From assembly GCA_026770705.1 (NCBI GenBank), contig JANJGN010000035.1, positions 6,944,001-7,008,000 of the forward strand: 64,000 nucleotides of DNA, read 5' to 3'. The notes under the pieces are model-generated. The model did not search any database. It had not been told where the DNA came from and saw only the letters and a list, made by a program, of their open reading frames with translations. Numbering within the stretch: position 1 is the first letter of the stretch; the number at the start of each line of letters is the position of its first letter. This document shows positions 12,901-25,929 of this stretch, piece after piece. A program made the position numbers and the translations under genes. The DNA is from Isurus oxyrinchus (Eukaryota).

Positions 12901-12929
12901 TGATGGTCAGCTGAAGGTCAGCTGAAGAA

Positions 12930-13600
12930 TACTAGCCTCCCAGTCTAATCCCACGTTCCATCATCCGGTCCAAAGCCCTGCAGGGTACAGCACTTGTCTG
13001 CAGCTCCAGGTACCTTTTGCGTGAGCGAGGGCTTCCAAATCATGAAAATCCAGGAAGCTAATTCTGCTAAGAGACCACGATCTGAAGGAAAAGGTTTTTC
13101 TTTAGATCCTTTTTTTGAAATTTTTCCAATCACTTTACATCCCTGTATCGAGATAATTAACCTCTCTGCAATGGGAAACAAATCCTTCCTGTCTCCTATA
13201 TCCAGGCCCCTCATAATTGTGTATACTTCAATGAAGTCAAACCACCACATCCCCTTTTCTAAAGAAACATCCGCTAGCCTACCCAATCCTTCCTCAGCTC
13301 CAATTTTCAAACCCTGGCAACATTCTTCTAAATATCTACTGTAATCTCAAGAGAGTAATTACAGCCTTCCTGGACTGCGATGATCTGAAATGTACAGAAA
13401 ACTCAGCTGTGGCTTAACTCTTGTTTCACATAGATCCCTGCTTTTGCATTCTATACATCATCAAATGACAGAAAACATTCGACATGCCTACTTTACCAAC
13501 TTACCACCGGTCCTGCCACTTTCAAGGACTTGTGAAAATGCACCCGAATGTCTATCACTTCTCCTAATCCACCCATTATCCTCCGATTGATTGTGTATTT
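12930..13600 (-). mobile_element. CR1 3' end fragment
   Basis: ORF 12945..13310 reads DFIEVYTIMRGLDIGDRKDLFP, a CR1 C-terminal motif. Confidence 0.8.
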
Positions 13601-14631
13601 ATGACATAAATGCAAAGTTTTATTATTGTTCTTTAGTTCGCTTTGCTTTGGATACCAAAACTCAGAAACAGAATGGAAAAGAGGAAATAACGTGTAGTTA
13701 ATTTGACTCTTATTAATTAGTGTTTATGACTATCAACGCATTGGGAGCAAGTAATCTTCATTCCAAAAATCAGGTTCCCATGAAATATTACTTACATCAC
13801 GATTTAAACAGCGAAATCAAGATTGTTTGTCAATAATGTGGCACAAATAAATAAATCACAGTATAAAAAGGAAAGCGGTGGGGAAGGTGAATTACGTCAA
13901 ATGAAAGCAATGTCTCATCATTAGCACTTTTTGACGACACTTGTTTAAATTAATAGTTAATAAATATATTTCAGGGAATAATAGAATGTAACATGGGTCA
14001 CAAGTAATTTATGTTTTTCAGTATTTATCTGGAACAAAGGAGAAAAGAAATGGAAATAATATGAATTCGAAGGTGCTCACATTAAACCTTACAGATATCA
14101 GTAAACAAATTATGTGAATGCAACCTGTGGAAAGCAGTTCCTAATATCAGTAACTAGTAATAAATCAGTCAGTGAAACAGCAGGTAATACATAAGTGTAG
14201 TTGACAAAATGTACATCACAATATCCCTCAATATGTAAGGCAGTGAGCTGCTGGAAGAAGAAAGGCATGAGAGTTGTCAAAGTGAATTACATTTCCATTC
14301 ACAATAACAGCGAATCGAATTTATCTGCCGCCCTTAACATGGGAATGCAAATCAAATATGTCGGTTGCAACAAGTTTTATTGAGTCACGGACCCATCCCT
14401 CCACTAGCGAGAGACAACATTGGTTCAGGAAAGTCATTAAGACCTGTTTGAAGTTGATTCTGCAGCAAATAATTGAAGTGTGTAGACTGAGTGGCACTGG
14501 GGATAAAAAAAAATGAAATATAGGAACTCGGCTGAAACCGGACATTCATCTATTTGGAATTCCTGCAGCCTGTTCGTAAATTCGAGGAGTCAGCTGGGAG
14601 CTGATCTCTGACCAAACAAGGTTTATTCATC

Positions 14632-14778
14632 GGTGGGGAAGAAGAGAGTTGACATTTCGAGTCCTTGAAACGTCAACTCTTTTCTTCTCCATCGATTTTG
14701 CCACACCTGCTGAGTTTTTCCAGGTAATTCTGTTCTTGTTTCGGATTTCCAACATCCACAGTTTTTTTGTTTTTATCT
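14632..14778. mobile_element. Short Penelope-derived insertion with an inverted terminal segment and 15-bp TSD
   Basis: Inverted repeat 14629-14661/14664-14696 built from the GAAACGTCAACTCT terminus. Flanked by caaggtttattcatc (14617-14631) and caaggtttatccatc (14779-14793). Confidence 0.75.
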
Positions 14779-14939
14779 CAAGGTTTATCCATCTTTGTCC
14801 AATATTCCTGAATATCTTTTCTTACCAACAAAAATTGATCTATTGATCTAATCTTTATAAATTGTCATATGACGATCCAACAAGCGTACTCATTGCCCCA
14901 GTTCTTGGGAATTAAGTGGGTTAATAACATTAACCATGA

Positions 14940-16330
14940 GAAGGCGAAAATTGATGGTATCAGGTCATTTTGCTTTGGCTCTGGAAAAGGGCAGGGGACA
15001 TTTCCGAGAAGATTAATCAACTCGGAGAAATTTAACTTCAATGGGGTAATGCTAGAGTTAGGTCCGATAAATTGGAATCAAATGTTTGCAGCACAGACCG
15101 TAACTCAATAATGGCTGACTTTTGAAGAGGAGATATCCCGGGCACATTGAGGTAATAGATACGTGAAGCACTCAATGTGGGGAAGCAAAACCATTCCTCA
15201 TTGGATGACAGAATTGTTAGACATTGTGATGAGGTTAAAAAAAATGTGTTTTTGGCACAGATATGTTGCATAATACACGCGAGAACATGGCTCAGTGCAA
15301 TAGGTTCGGGGGGAAGTGAAGATAAAGGAGAACAAAAGTCGCAAAAGCAAAGAGATAGTATGAATGTATGTTGGAACGTACCATAAAAGGGAATCCAAAA
15401 GTCTTCTGGGCTTACATGAATGTGTATAAATGATTTAACCGAGGAGGGCAGCCGATTAGCTACGATAAAAATGAGGCAGGGAGCATAGTTGGAAAGTAAG
15501 TTAAAAACATGGATTTCTGTGAAAAACGGTGTAATGCACACACTTGAGAACTTTAGAATTGATAAGGAGAGGGGCTTGGGCTAGCATCCTTTGTTTGAAT
15601 TGATATTACATGAACTCAGGGTGAGATTTGTCCATGTACACTCAGGGATGTGAGAGTGGAAAATGCAGTGGTGCTGACCAGTATATTGCATTCTTGCTTA
15701 GGCTCAGGTATGATGTTGGGGGAATGGTGGATTGCAAATATTACACATTTATTTAAAGAAGGTAGTAAAGATGTTAATAACAATTATGGGCCAACAGTTG
15801 TAATTCAGTGGAGGGATGTTTCAAAGGACGATTATGCGTGAAAACAATAACATTAGCTTGCGTGAATGCAGATTAATTAAGAAAAAATCAGCATAGATTT
15901 TCTAAGCGGAAATCGTATTTAACTTACTTGCTCAAGTTTTTTGAAGAAGTAACAGAGTTGGCTGTTGAGGGTAATGCTGCTGATCAGCACTTCAGAAAGG
16001 CGTTTGATATCGATAAGCACAGGAGATTTGTGCACAACTTTATAACTCATGGAAATGAAATGGTCAGTAATAAAATGGATGCAGGTTTAGCTATGCGGAA
16101 ACAAAAAAAAAAAAATGGCTAATAGCTGCCTTTCGTACTCACGGCATCTTTATGGTGGAGTTCCCGAAGGTTCAAGCCCTATCAATTTCTGACATTTAGG
16201 ACGAACAGCGGCGGTTTTACACAAGGCACAATTACACAATTTGAGTATGTTTTGGATCTTGGATGCATTGAGAACAGTGAGGAAGAAATCAGAGAAGCTG
16301 AAAACAACATAGACAGTTTGGTGCAATAAT
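14940..16330 (+). mobile_element. Highly decayed CR1 ORF2
   Basis: WWIANITHLFKEGSKDVNNNYGP; QHRFSKRKSYLTYLLKFFEEVT..FRKAFD. Confidence 0.75.
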
Positions 16331-16949
16331 TGAAAAAGTGGCCGATGGAAGTGAATGCTGAGAAGAGTATTCTTAAAAATAGCTCAGGGAACGAGCTTTT
16401 TTACTCCAATGGCATTATTGTTTTGCAGGGGAGGGTGGCGTTAAGGTTTCAGAAACGCAAATCAGAGAAGCCCGCAAATTACATATGCCACTATCTTATT
16501 GAGTGGAAGAGCAGGTTAACGGAGCAAGATGGCAAATCCTGCTATAATTGCTTATTATAATATGGTGCAGATTAATATTTAGGGGTGATCTCCCTTACCG
16601 CACAATGAACAACACAGCAAAAGATGTAAAAGAGGGAATGAGAGTTGAACTGTTATACTACTTGAAAAATTACATTGGTTATTATTTCCATAAAGCATCG
16701 ATGTAAAAATGGGCGTTTATTCCTGATTAAGTTATGGACGATTAAGGCACAGATATTAAAGCTTATTGTTCGGATATTACAAAAGGAAAAAAAAAAATAA
16801 CAAAAACACTGTATTAACGCTTGAGAGGCTCTAAATTGTTACAAAGGCCAAAATAATTGAATGCTATGAGGAGAAGTAGGAGAAATTGGAGGAGATTATT
16901 CAGAAAAAACACGTACTTTAAATTAAACCAAATTGAAGAGGCAAATTTC

Positions 16950-17395
16950 AATACAATATCCAAGGCAAAGCAACCCACCTGATTGTCACCCATCCAGGAA
17001 CATTCCCTCCTTCCAGCACCGACAATCAGCAGCAGCGGGTACCACATAAAAGTTGCACTGCATAAATTGAGCGAGCCTACTTAGAGAGCAAATTCTAAAC
17101 TCAGGACCAGTACAATCTGTAAGGGCATGGGCAGCAGACACATGCAAAAACCACCACTAAGATGTTTTCTTCCAAGGCACACACCATCGCTTTATGAAAA
17201 TCTTTCCCAATTCCTTCACTGTTCGTCGCTGAAAATCCCGGCATCCTATCCCTAACAGCACTGTGGGTCTCCCTACAGCACATTGACTGTGGCATTTCAA
17301 GAAGACAGCTCACCACAACCTGATATGTTGCAATTATGTGCTCAAAAAAAAAATACTGGCATAGCCTGTGCCGCCCAAATACCATGAACTTATAA
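16950..17395 (+). mobile_element. 3' end of the LINE family seen at 6050-8775
   Basis: caaggcaaagcaacccacctgattg..ccctaacagcactgtggg..ttcaagaagacagctcaccac matches 8460-8770 and the inverted copy at 42180-42720. Confidence 0.7.
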
Positions 17396-17399
17396 AATA

Positions 17400-18760
17400 A
17401 ATATCCTTGTAAATCAACGTTGTACTTACGAGAACAATTATGTCCTTCCTGTTGTGTGTTGACCAGAATTCTACATAACAATTCCAGCCGTGGCCTAGCT
17501 AGCGTTTTTTATATATATATATATAGATGCTCCAGTATTACATCACTGCTTTTGCCTTAAATGCTGCGCCAAAAATAGCATTCCGGATGTTTTCATCATG
17601 ACTTTTTCCACCTGTTGAAGCTATTTCAGTGACATGTGGACATCCACTCAAAGGCCTCTCACTCCATCTACCATCTCAATTACATTGCTTTTTTTGTCCT
17701 CCTAAATGGATTGCCTCACACTCCTCGCACTGAATCCAATTTGTCCTTTACCCAAAATATTGATATAACTCTGGAGACAACTGATCTCCTCTCTACGGTG
17801 AAACTACTGAGCCAATATTTCCAACATCTGCAAGTTTCCGCTTCATGCGTCCCACACCTATGTCCAACTTATTAATGTCTCCTGCAAACCGCAAGTACCC
17901 CAACACTGATCAGTGTGGAAGCCCACTGGAAACCACTTCCATTCTCAGAAATATCCATTGAACTTTACCTTTGTTTCCTGTCACTGAATCAATTTTCGAT
18001 CCAAATCATTACATTCCGCTGCAGCCTGTGGGATTTCACTTAGTGAGTAGTCTGTCATGTGCACCTTGCCAAACTGAACTACCTGTTGAGAACTTCCACT
18101 TCGCTACCCTCATCAATGCTCCTACTATTTCAGAAAAAAAACATCGATCAAGTTATTGATACATGACCATTCATTAACAAAACCTCGCTGACAATCCTGC
18201 TACATCCATCTCTATTCAAGTAAGAATTTACCCAGTCTTTTTGAAATGATTCCATCAATTTTCCCACCAACGGAGTCAGACTTACCGTCCAAAAATGATT
18301 GGCCTATCTTTTGCACCGTATAAAAGTTTGGTAATTGTTGGCCTAATTGCAATTCTCTGTTCCCTCAGAATAATCAGTGAGGATTGCAAGCATTAGCCTC
18401 ATGGCATCCGTTCTTTCCTCATTGGCTTCCCTTCTCAGACTGAGATACACTTCATCAGGCCCTGATGACTTTGCTACCTTCAATGTTTTCTCTCCCTCCA
18501 GTATTTTCTTGCTCCTTATGCTTATTTTACCTTAAAAAAACACAAAACCCTCCTCTTTAGCAGTAATGTCTGCACCATCTTTTTCCTTCATGTAAGCCGA
18601 GACAAAATGCTTCTTGAGAAGCCTTCGCACATGTTCTACATCAATTCGTTTGATAATATGTATATATCCTATAGGCCCTATGCGTTCCTTAACTTTCCCC
18701 TTTGTTCTCTCTGTACAAGGAAAACATAGTTGTTATTTGTTTGATATTACTTGCCTATAT
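17400..18760 (-). mobile_element. Decayed CR1 ORF2
   Basis: Minus-strand KSSGPDEVYLSL at 18440-18470 and RT C-terminal remnants (aactttaccttgtttcctgtcactgaatcaatt). Confidence 0.7.
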
Positions 18761-19179
18761 TTTTGTAACCTCACTTCACTTTCCAAATTCAATGTTTTTT
18801 TTTAATTTCTGCGATCAAAGTCTAATAATAATCGTCATATGTTTTTCGCTTTTTTGTGAGGTATGTATATGCTGGTACATATAGTTGGGTCTGTACGTTA
18901 TTTAATTACATTATGTAAGCAAGTGGACTGTAGACTTCAAAACATCAGAGGAAGCTAGGTGCTTGACATGCATGTGTGTAAACATGGATGCTCATCTAAC
19001 ATGTAAGGTGTGAAGGGAACTTGCATTTTTATAAATTGAATGGACAGTTGGATTTCAAACGTATGTTATTCTGTTAAAAACTAGATAAGTAAGCAAGACT
19101 AAGGGACCTGATTATTTTCAAGAAGATTACTGAATGAAGTGAAATATAAAATGCGGGAAACATAATTATGATGACTCAA

Positions 19180-19770
19180 GGCATCCATGGAGAGAGATGC
19201 AGATTTAAAATTTCAAGTTTACACAATGCTTTTTCAGAGGTAAAGAGAAGAATTTATACGATTACATTTATAGAGTTTAAGTAGGTTGGTTTAATTACGG
19301 TTAAGTTGGTGGAGCTTATGAAGCTGGATATAAATCCAACGCTATTTGAGGACAAATGAGAGATTGACAAAGATGGCCTGGGCAGAAGTACAAAGGGACT
19401 GTTAGTTGTAATGGCAAGGACTAAGGTTTGCTATAAAGCTAACTACCAGCCCCACCCTCCACCCTCCCCATCATCACCTTCCTTAGCTATTACCACTGTC
19501 ATTAACACTCCAATTGTCATTTTGCATTTGTCAATCACTGCTTATCCCACGCATAGGCGGCCTTCTACCAACTTCAACTGCTCTAACTCCCCTTAATCAA
19601 TTTAACATTCGTCATATTTCTACTTCCCTTTATCCCTGAAAACAGCGTCAGACAGACTCGAAACTTTAGCGCTGTTTCCCCAAACCACAGATACGATCAG
19701 GCTGGGTGAGGTTTTCAGGAATTTTCTGCTTGTGTTTAATTTTAGATTTTCAGCATCCAGTGTTTTTGAC
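19180..19770. mobile_element. Penelope-like terminal remnants with a degenerate hammerhead motif
   Basis: Plus strand 19636-19664 CTGAAAACAGCGTCAGACAGACTCGAAAC, followed by the terminal repeat (..cacagatacgatcaggctgggtgaggttttcagg). Confidence 0.55.
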
Positions 19771-20129
19771 TTACTCGTAATACATATATTGGCAACATGA
19801 ACGGTTTTATAATTAAAGACGGAAGAAATGTAATGTAAGAAAGATCCTCAATAGGCCTGCAGCATTCTTGCATAACGTTGCTGTATAACGAGGCTGAAGT
19901 TGTAGAAAATGCATTTGGAATATGAAAGGTAATATTTGTTAACTTGCTGACATCGTCAATAATTAAAAAAAAAACTATTTTGAACCATTGGCTTAAAGGT
20001 AGTGTAATTGTGAGTCAGGTTAATTAGGAATTAAAAGAGTTATAATAAAATGAAGCAATTTGTCGTCAAAAATGCTTACTTTAATTTTTTTTTTATATTT
20101 ATTGCATCTTGGTCATCTCAGACTGTCCT

Positions 20130-20402
20130 TTATCAGAGAGCATTTATGAGGCAGCCATACTGTGCTGTGAGTCTGGTGTTGCATGTTGGCCAGACGAGCT
20201 AACGATGACAGATTTCCTTTGCTACAGGTGATTAGTGAGACGGACATGTTTTTAGGACAATCGACAGTTATTCATGATCGTTGAAACTATTGAATTGAAA
20301 TTCCACATTTTGTCATGGTGGGATTGGCACCCAAGATCCTGAAGCATCAATGTTGGTCTATGGAATGCTAATCCAGTGGCAATACCTCTACGCCACCACC
20401 TC
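20130..20402 (-). mobile_element. tRNA-derived SINE
   Basis: Minus strand begins GGTGGCGTAGAGGT (A-box-like) with GGGTGCCAATCCC (B-box-like) at 20332-20320. The body resembles 6050-6290. Confidence 0.7.
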
Positions 20403-20499
20403 CCCATTAATTCATGGTTGCACATATGTTCATTTATTTCTGAAAATTTCTCCAAAAGTCTTGGTTCAATTTTTACTTCTGAACTCCCTAGGCACATCT

Positions 20500-20985
20500 T
20501 ATAATAAATACAATGCAGGGGGGATTGTGGGACGTCTTTGATTTGGCCCGCTCACATCATCCGCTACATCATTACAATTCATCCCTATATCTTTTGCGTT
20601 CCACTGGGCTTTATCTTTCCTGTATTCTTCTGGATAACAAATGGGCTCTCGATTTGGCAGCACCCTCCTTTTTGCCTGAGTTGCTTAGTGTGAACTCATA
20701 GAATTTCGCATTTGATTCCACCCCACTGAATTCATAATATGTTTTCCTATTACTAGCTGTATCCAATCTACTTTATCCAGTTTTCCTCTCAGATTTCTGA
20801 AGTTCCTCTCTACCCTACATAGAAATTTTCCTCCTGTGTGTTCATTATGCTATTTTCTATATTCTTGCTAATGCTACATGTATTACGGAAACTATCTACA
20901 AAATACTCACCCATTGCTAATTCACCAACTTGTCCATCTTCAATTCTAAAGCTAAATCCTGGATACGTACCCTCTACTACAATCA
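20500..20985 (-). mobile_element. Decayed CR1 ORF2 (endonuclease-linker region)
   Basis: QVGELAMGEYFVDSFRNTCSI corresponds to the V.EHxGxSDHN motif. Confidence 0.55.
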
Positions 20986-21599
20986 CCACTCCCCCCGTCC
21001 CCCGCCTCCACCCACCTCCCCCCTCCCCCCCAGTGGAATGCAAATGATACAGGGTTGAAGTCTGCTGATGTAGCAGATGATGTGAGCAACGCGGGCTAAA
21101 TCAACAACGTCCCGCACTCCCCACTGTTTTGTATTTATTGTAGGATGCGTTTACGGAATTCAGAAGTAACAAGACAACCAAGACTTTGGCTTGTCATGTG
21201 CTAGCTAAACCCATTTGAATCATTGCTGTTTCATAATCATGTACCCCCTGTGGCTTCCACACTGATCATATCCCAATTACTTTTAAAGAATTTGAAATCT
21301 TCAGCTATTATCACGCTATTGTGCTATTGCTTTGAGGTCAGAAATTTACCCATATATTCGTTTTTTACCTCCCTTCCATAATAGGATAAGGCCAAGAAAA
21401 AACATGCTAATATAAATGAAACAAGTAAACTGAACTTAACATAAGTTATGTAAATTTGAAACATTGCAGGACTTCTTTGTCGCCTGAAATGGGTATCCTG
21501 TATTATATGGGAAGTTGAGGATGCTGCCGGTTTACTAGGCAAACACATGTACCGGAATTAGTTGTGAAAGTACACTCATAGCAGTATGCCTGTTCCTGT

Positions 21600-22570
21600 T
21601 TTTTTTTCTGAGCGAAACCCTTATTATCTCAATTCGTGCTTACTGTTGTTTATCATCCCTTCCAACAGCTATAGTTGATTCTTTAAACAGTATTGCTACA
21701 ATATTGCTACAGACTGACATCATTTTTATCTGCCTGACAACTCTGCATAAAGCTACTTTGAGCTGTAATTTTAGCCCTACATTAAGGCACGTTCCCATTA
21801 TAGTGATATCACCCTGCGATCTATCCGTCTGCACCCTAAGTTCAACGACTTTGTTTGCTCTGCTCCATGTATAACTTTTAACACAGTCAAAATCCTGTGT
21901 TGGACACTTTCAAATCTATGCTTCCTCTGGCTTTCAGAGTCCCTCACTAATTCTCCATCTGACTTTCACTGCTCTAAATTTACACTCAAGCTCCCCTACC
22001 AAACTTGCTAACCAAACATGCACCCCTACCCGTCTCCCCACCCAGCCTCCATGGCATCGACCAAAATAATGATCACATCTCCCTGCGAGGAGATATGTCC
22101 CTGTCCTGTTCAGGTGTAGACAATGTGGATTGTACACAAATCTTTCAGCAGGAGCTGTCCCAGTGCCTCAGATAGCTGATGCCATCATCTTACACCAGCT
22201 TCCCAGACACTTGTTCAATTATTCAATTTCCCTCTTACTATTGTAATGAGCACATCGGACTGAGATTATGGACTTAGAGGTCCTGCTTTCCTAGCTACTT
22301 CGTAGCATCACTAAATCTGCTTTCAGATCAACATCCCCTTTCCTGTCTACACAACAGAACCATTGTCTACTGCGGCTTCCACTGACAGCAATCCCCAGAA
22401 GAATGTGCTGCATCCATTGCATCATATTCATGTACCTGGCACCAGAGAGGCCAAATGGTACACTGGAGTCACATCTACGGCGAAAAGAATGACTGCCTTT
22501 TCCCCAGCTAATGAATCCGGCATCACGACTTCTCTTCCCTTCTTCATGCTCCCATTATGGTGCCACAACG
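21600..22570 (-). mobile_element. CR1 ORF1 (SGNH esterase) / ORF2 start remnant
   Basis: gatggcatcagc..ggcactgggacagctcc..ccacattgtctacacctgaacaggacagggacatatctccttgc matches HW..F..DGLHLNRxGT at the esterase C-terminus. gaagggaagagaagtcgtgatgccggattc matches the VIGDS region. Confidence 0.65.
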
Positions 22571-22899
22571 AGTCTGGCTGCACCCCTCTACAGAGACAAC
22601 TCACACGCTGTGCTGGGTTGGGGTGTAGTGTTAATAGCGGTGGTAGCAAAGTGCGCTGATTGGAGCACAATTGAATGCAAAGGCTGCAGTGGCGAAGCAC
22701 GCAAGGAGGCAAATTATAGGCCAAATGATTCCATGGCACAGTGCCAATTGAAGTGACGCTGATTCATGTAGGTAAATGAAATATGTTGCTCATATGCGTG
22801 CAAATGGCGGTGAGCTGGCCGCTATAAGCACCAAAAAGTTAATAAAAGGGAACGAGGATCAAGAGAAAACAAAGCACAAAACCAGAAAAAGCAAAAAGG

Positions 22900-23120
22900 G
22901 CCAACATTATCGCCTAAAATTATTGATCTCAAAGTCCCATAACATACTCATTTGAAACGTGAGGTGCTGCTTTTCGAATTTGTTTTGAGCATTGCTGCAG
23001 GCCAAGGAATGAAATGTCTGATTGGGGCGAGAGAAGAAAATTAAAGTTTGTGTCGCCTGTAAGCTCGTGGACACGCTACCATAATTAAGTCAAGTGTTCT
23101 GCTAATTGATCGTGTTATGA
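22900..23120 (-). mobile_element. Penelope GIY-YIG C-terminal remnant
   Basis: gtgaggtgctgcttttcgaatttgttttgagcattgctgcaggccaag parallels 51150-51210. Confidence 0.5.
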
Positions 23121-23858
23121 TAATTTGTCAGGCCTCCAAGAAGGCTGGTAGGTTTGGGACACAGGAGATGGCAGGGAGAGTTAGCAAAATTATTTCACAG
23201 GTAAGCGTCAAAGACAGTCGAGAGAATCAGGTTCTAGTTATGTTCAGTTAAAGGAGAGTAACAGGAAAAAAAATGCTCCAAGTTCCTGGCAATTAAGACG
23301 GGCTGCTGGGACAAATGTAGTCATTTAACCACTGGAATCTGCTCTGCACAGGTGAAGATCTGACTTCAGAACGACATTTGTTGCTTTGCTACATACTGTG
23401 GAGTCTAGGAAAATCTAATATCAGAAGGCAAATCAAATCCTATGAGCTGGATGCTTTTGATGATACCTCTTGTCTAGTAATTGATTAGGCCAAATAAACT
23501 GTGAAGTGAAAACAGTCAGCTGATATTCTTTGACAATGCGCTGTTGCGGCAAATGTATCCCTTTTGAGCAGTGGTGTTTTGCTTGGCACAACTGGAGTGC
23601 AGAACATATTCGAATATGTGGTAGGCCTGAGGCCTCTTGCCAGTATTTATTTTTCAATTTTTCATATTTGCAATTCTTTCCTGTATTTTTCTTTCCTGAT
23701 TTTAAGTCTAAATTGAAATTCACATTTAGATTTACATGGAATATTACTTTAGAAACATTGAGGTAAACGTAGCTGCAATTCTGCTTTTATTGATTGATCA
23801 AGTGAAATCAGTAGTGACGTGGCTTCCCAAGACTTTGATTTCTATATTGCCCATTTGG

Positions 23859-24470
23859 TGTTACGTCTACATCTATTTTTTTACCGTTCTAATCTAGCCG
23901 ACAAAACAAAAGCTTTTTTCATATATATTTATTCTGAAGTACCTTTCTTACTGTGTTGAATGACAATTGGACTACAAGCAGGAAAAGATATGGCCAGATA
24001 GAGGGTGGTTAACTATTTCCTGATCATCAAGAGATAGAGTTTGATTGATGGACTATAACCAGGTTGATGGCAGATGCTAAGACACCATCAAAATATGTGT
24101 AAACAACTTGGATTGTGGAATCTACAAAGCCTTTAAGTGCCTGAGTGGAGTATTGATAAGGGCCAAAGTTTTACATTTCCAGAGTCATTGTTACGAGTAA
24201 AAATTAACAAACAAAATGCTCGGGAGGAAGGAATAGAGCCAGACATTTTCCTTAAAGGGACAAGAAGGGACACAAAGTGGAATTGCAGCTGAAGCTAGAG
24301 TGAAATATTCAACCTCTGGAAACTACTGGAGGAAAGGCCAGGAACGGATTGAGTGACACTAGTGCCCATCTATTTTAAGCTTATTCAGATAATTGGCAAT
24401 TCATGTGCAAGGGGAAGTTTAACCAAATTTAGTCCTTTTATGGGACAGGCTAATTTGGGGATAACATGTG
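23859..24470 (+). mobile_element. Possible solo LTR
   Basis: TGTTAC start and a gggataaca-like end with LTR-like composition. No partner copy in the window. Confidence 0.25.
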
Positions 24471-24869
24471 TAACGTAGTAATTGCCTGCAACATGCTTTG
24501 TATCGTATATGAGTAAGGTTTTATTTCCTTCTGTATTATATTTACAGTATTTTCTCCTTTCAGTAAAGTTATATTTATTTATTCTTACTTATTTGTTTCT
24601 ATATTATCAATTAAGTTTTCATACGATTGTTATATTTATGATTATTCAATGAATGTGTTTTTTCAAAATGTTAATTGACATTGTCAGTCATTCTTGTTAC
24701 GGTAAGATTACGGCTCCATCCTGAAGTGAAACTCCAAAGCGGCGATCGGGCTCCGTTCCCTCACACCTATCCAAACTCTGAGATACTCGCCAACAGCTCT
24801 TTCTAGCCGATGCTGCCAGACCTGCTGAGTTCTTTCTTGTCCCCTGCCTGTCTTACTGACTTTGGTGAA

Positions 24870-25012
24870 CCGCATCCAATCACATGACAATAGAATGCAC
24901 ACGTTTTTTTTTCTCCACATGCATATGAACGCAAGTCCTGTCCTGGGACAGAATAACGTGAAGATTTCAGATTCCGCATGCGCTGGCCGGTTCCGCCCTG
25001 TGCACGCGCAGA
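24870..25012. promoter_or_regulatory. Small CpG-rich promoter-like patch
   Basis: CCAATCAC, CACATG, CGCATGCGC (NRF1-like), CCGCCC (GC box) and TGCACGCGCA within about 140 bp of AT-rich background. Confidence 0.3.
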
Positions 25013-25299
25013 TATTCTAATGTTCCCGAACTTCGTACTCAAATAGATAATGAGTTTCGTAGCACCACCACAAAACCACCCCCAACCCAACTCTGCCCCA
25101 CATGCATGGAATGAATAAAATACTTTAATGCAGCAAAGGTTTGCTTAAAATGATTTTACAATTTATTTACGTCTGCTTATCATCATAACTTTCTAACAAA
25201 TATAGAAATGTATATATTTAAATATATAAAAAAAACGTTTACTTATTGTTCCATAATTACACATATCGTCTTACTAATTTGCAAACGTTAGTCAAACAT

Positions 25300-25920
25300 A
25301 CTCCAGCACATGCAACAAGCGGGTTTCGCAAGAATTATTTATAATGGAAGTGCTTTAAATCAAAATCTGTCTTTTCTACTGAACCCTTTATTTATGCTCT
25401 GGATATAATACCATAAGCTTCCGTTCTATTATATCATGTTTTTATCCTATTCAATCTATCTATTCCCCTTATAAATTTGTGTACCTCACTCAATTCACCT
25501 CTCAGCCTTCTTTGTTCAAAGAAATATAACCTCAGCCTTTCTAATGCCTCTCATAGCTACACTTTCCTAACTTTGACAACGATTTTGTAAAACTCCTCTG
25601 CACTCTCTCCACACCTATTACGTCCTTGCTGTAATGTGGTGACCAGAACTGCGCACAATTCTTCAGTTGTGGCCTCTCAAGTGTTTTATTAACTTCCAAA
25701 ATTATACACTTACTTTTATATTATATGCCTTTGCCAATGAAGGAGAGCATTCGATATGCCTTCTTTACATCCTAGTCTTCTTGGACTGCTGCCTTCTGGG
25801 GCCTGTACACCTTTAGACCAAGATCTCTCACTTCATCTACGCCTCTTGGTTTATTGCCATTTATTTTGTAATCCGTGCGAGAGTTTGACCTGCAAAAATG
25901 TATGATCTCACACTTTTCTA
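25300..25920 (-). mobile_element. CR1 RT C-terminal fragment
   Basis: ggtgaccagaactgcgcacaattcttcagttgtggcct is the reverse complement of RPQLxNCAQFWSP. Confidence 0.8.
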
Positions 25921-25929
25921 TGAAATGGC

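Noticed and set aside
14340-14355. Octamer ATGCAAAT as an immunoglobulin or snRNA promoter
   Set aside because: Several copies are scattered across the window (about 2135, 10278, 21038, 36021), as expected in AT-rich DNA. No leader, V exon or snRNA follows.
20320-20402. Functional tRNA gene
   Set aside because: The A and B boxes are degenerate, there is no cloverleaf, and the sequence continues into a SINE body.
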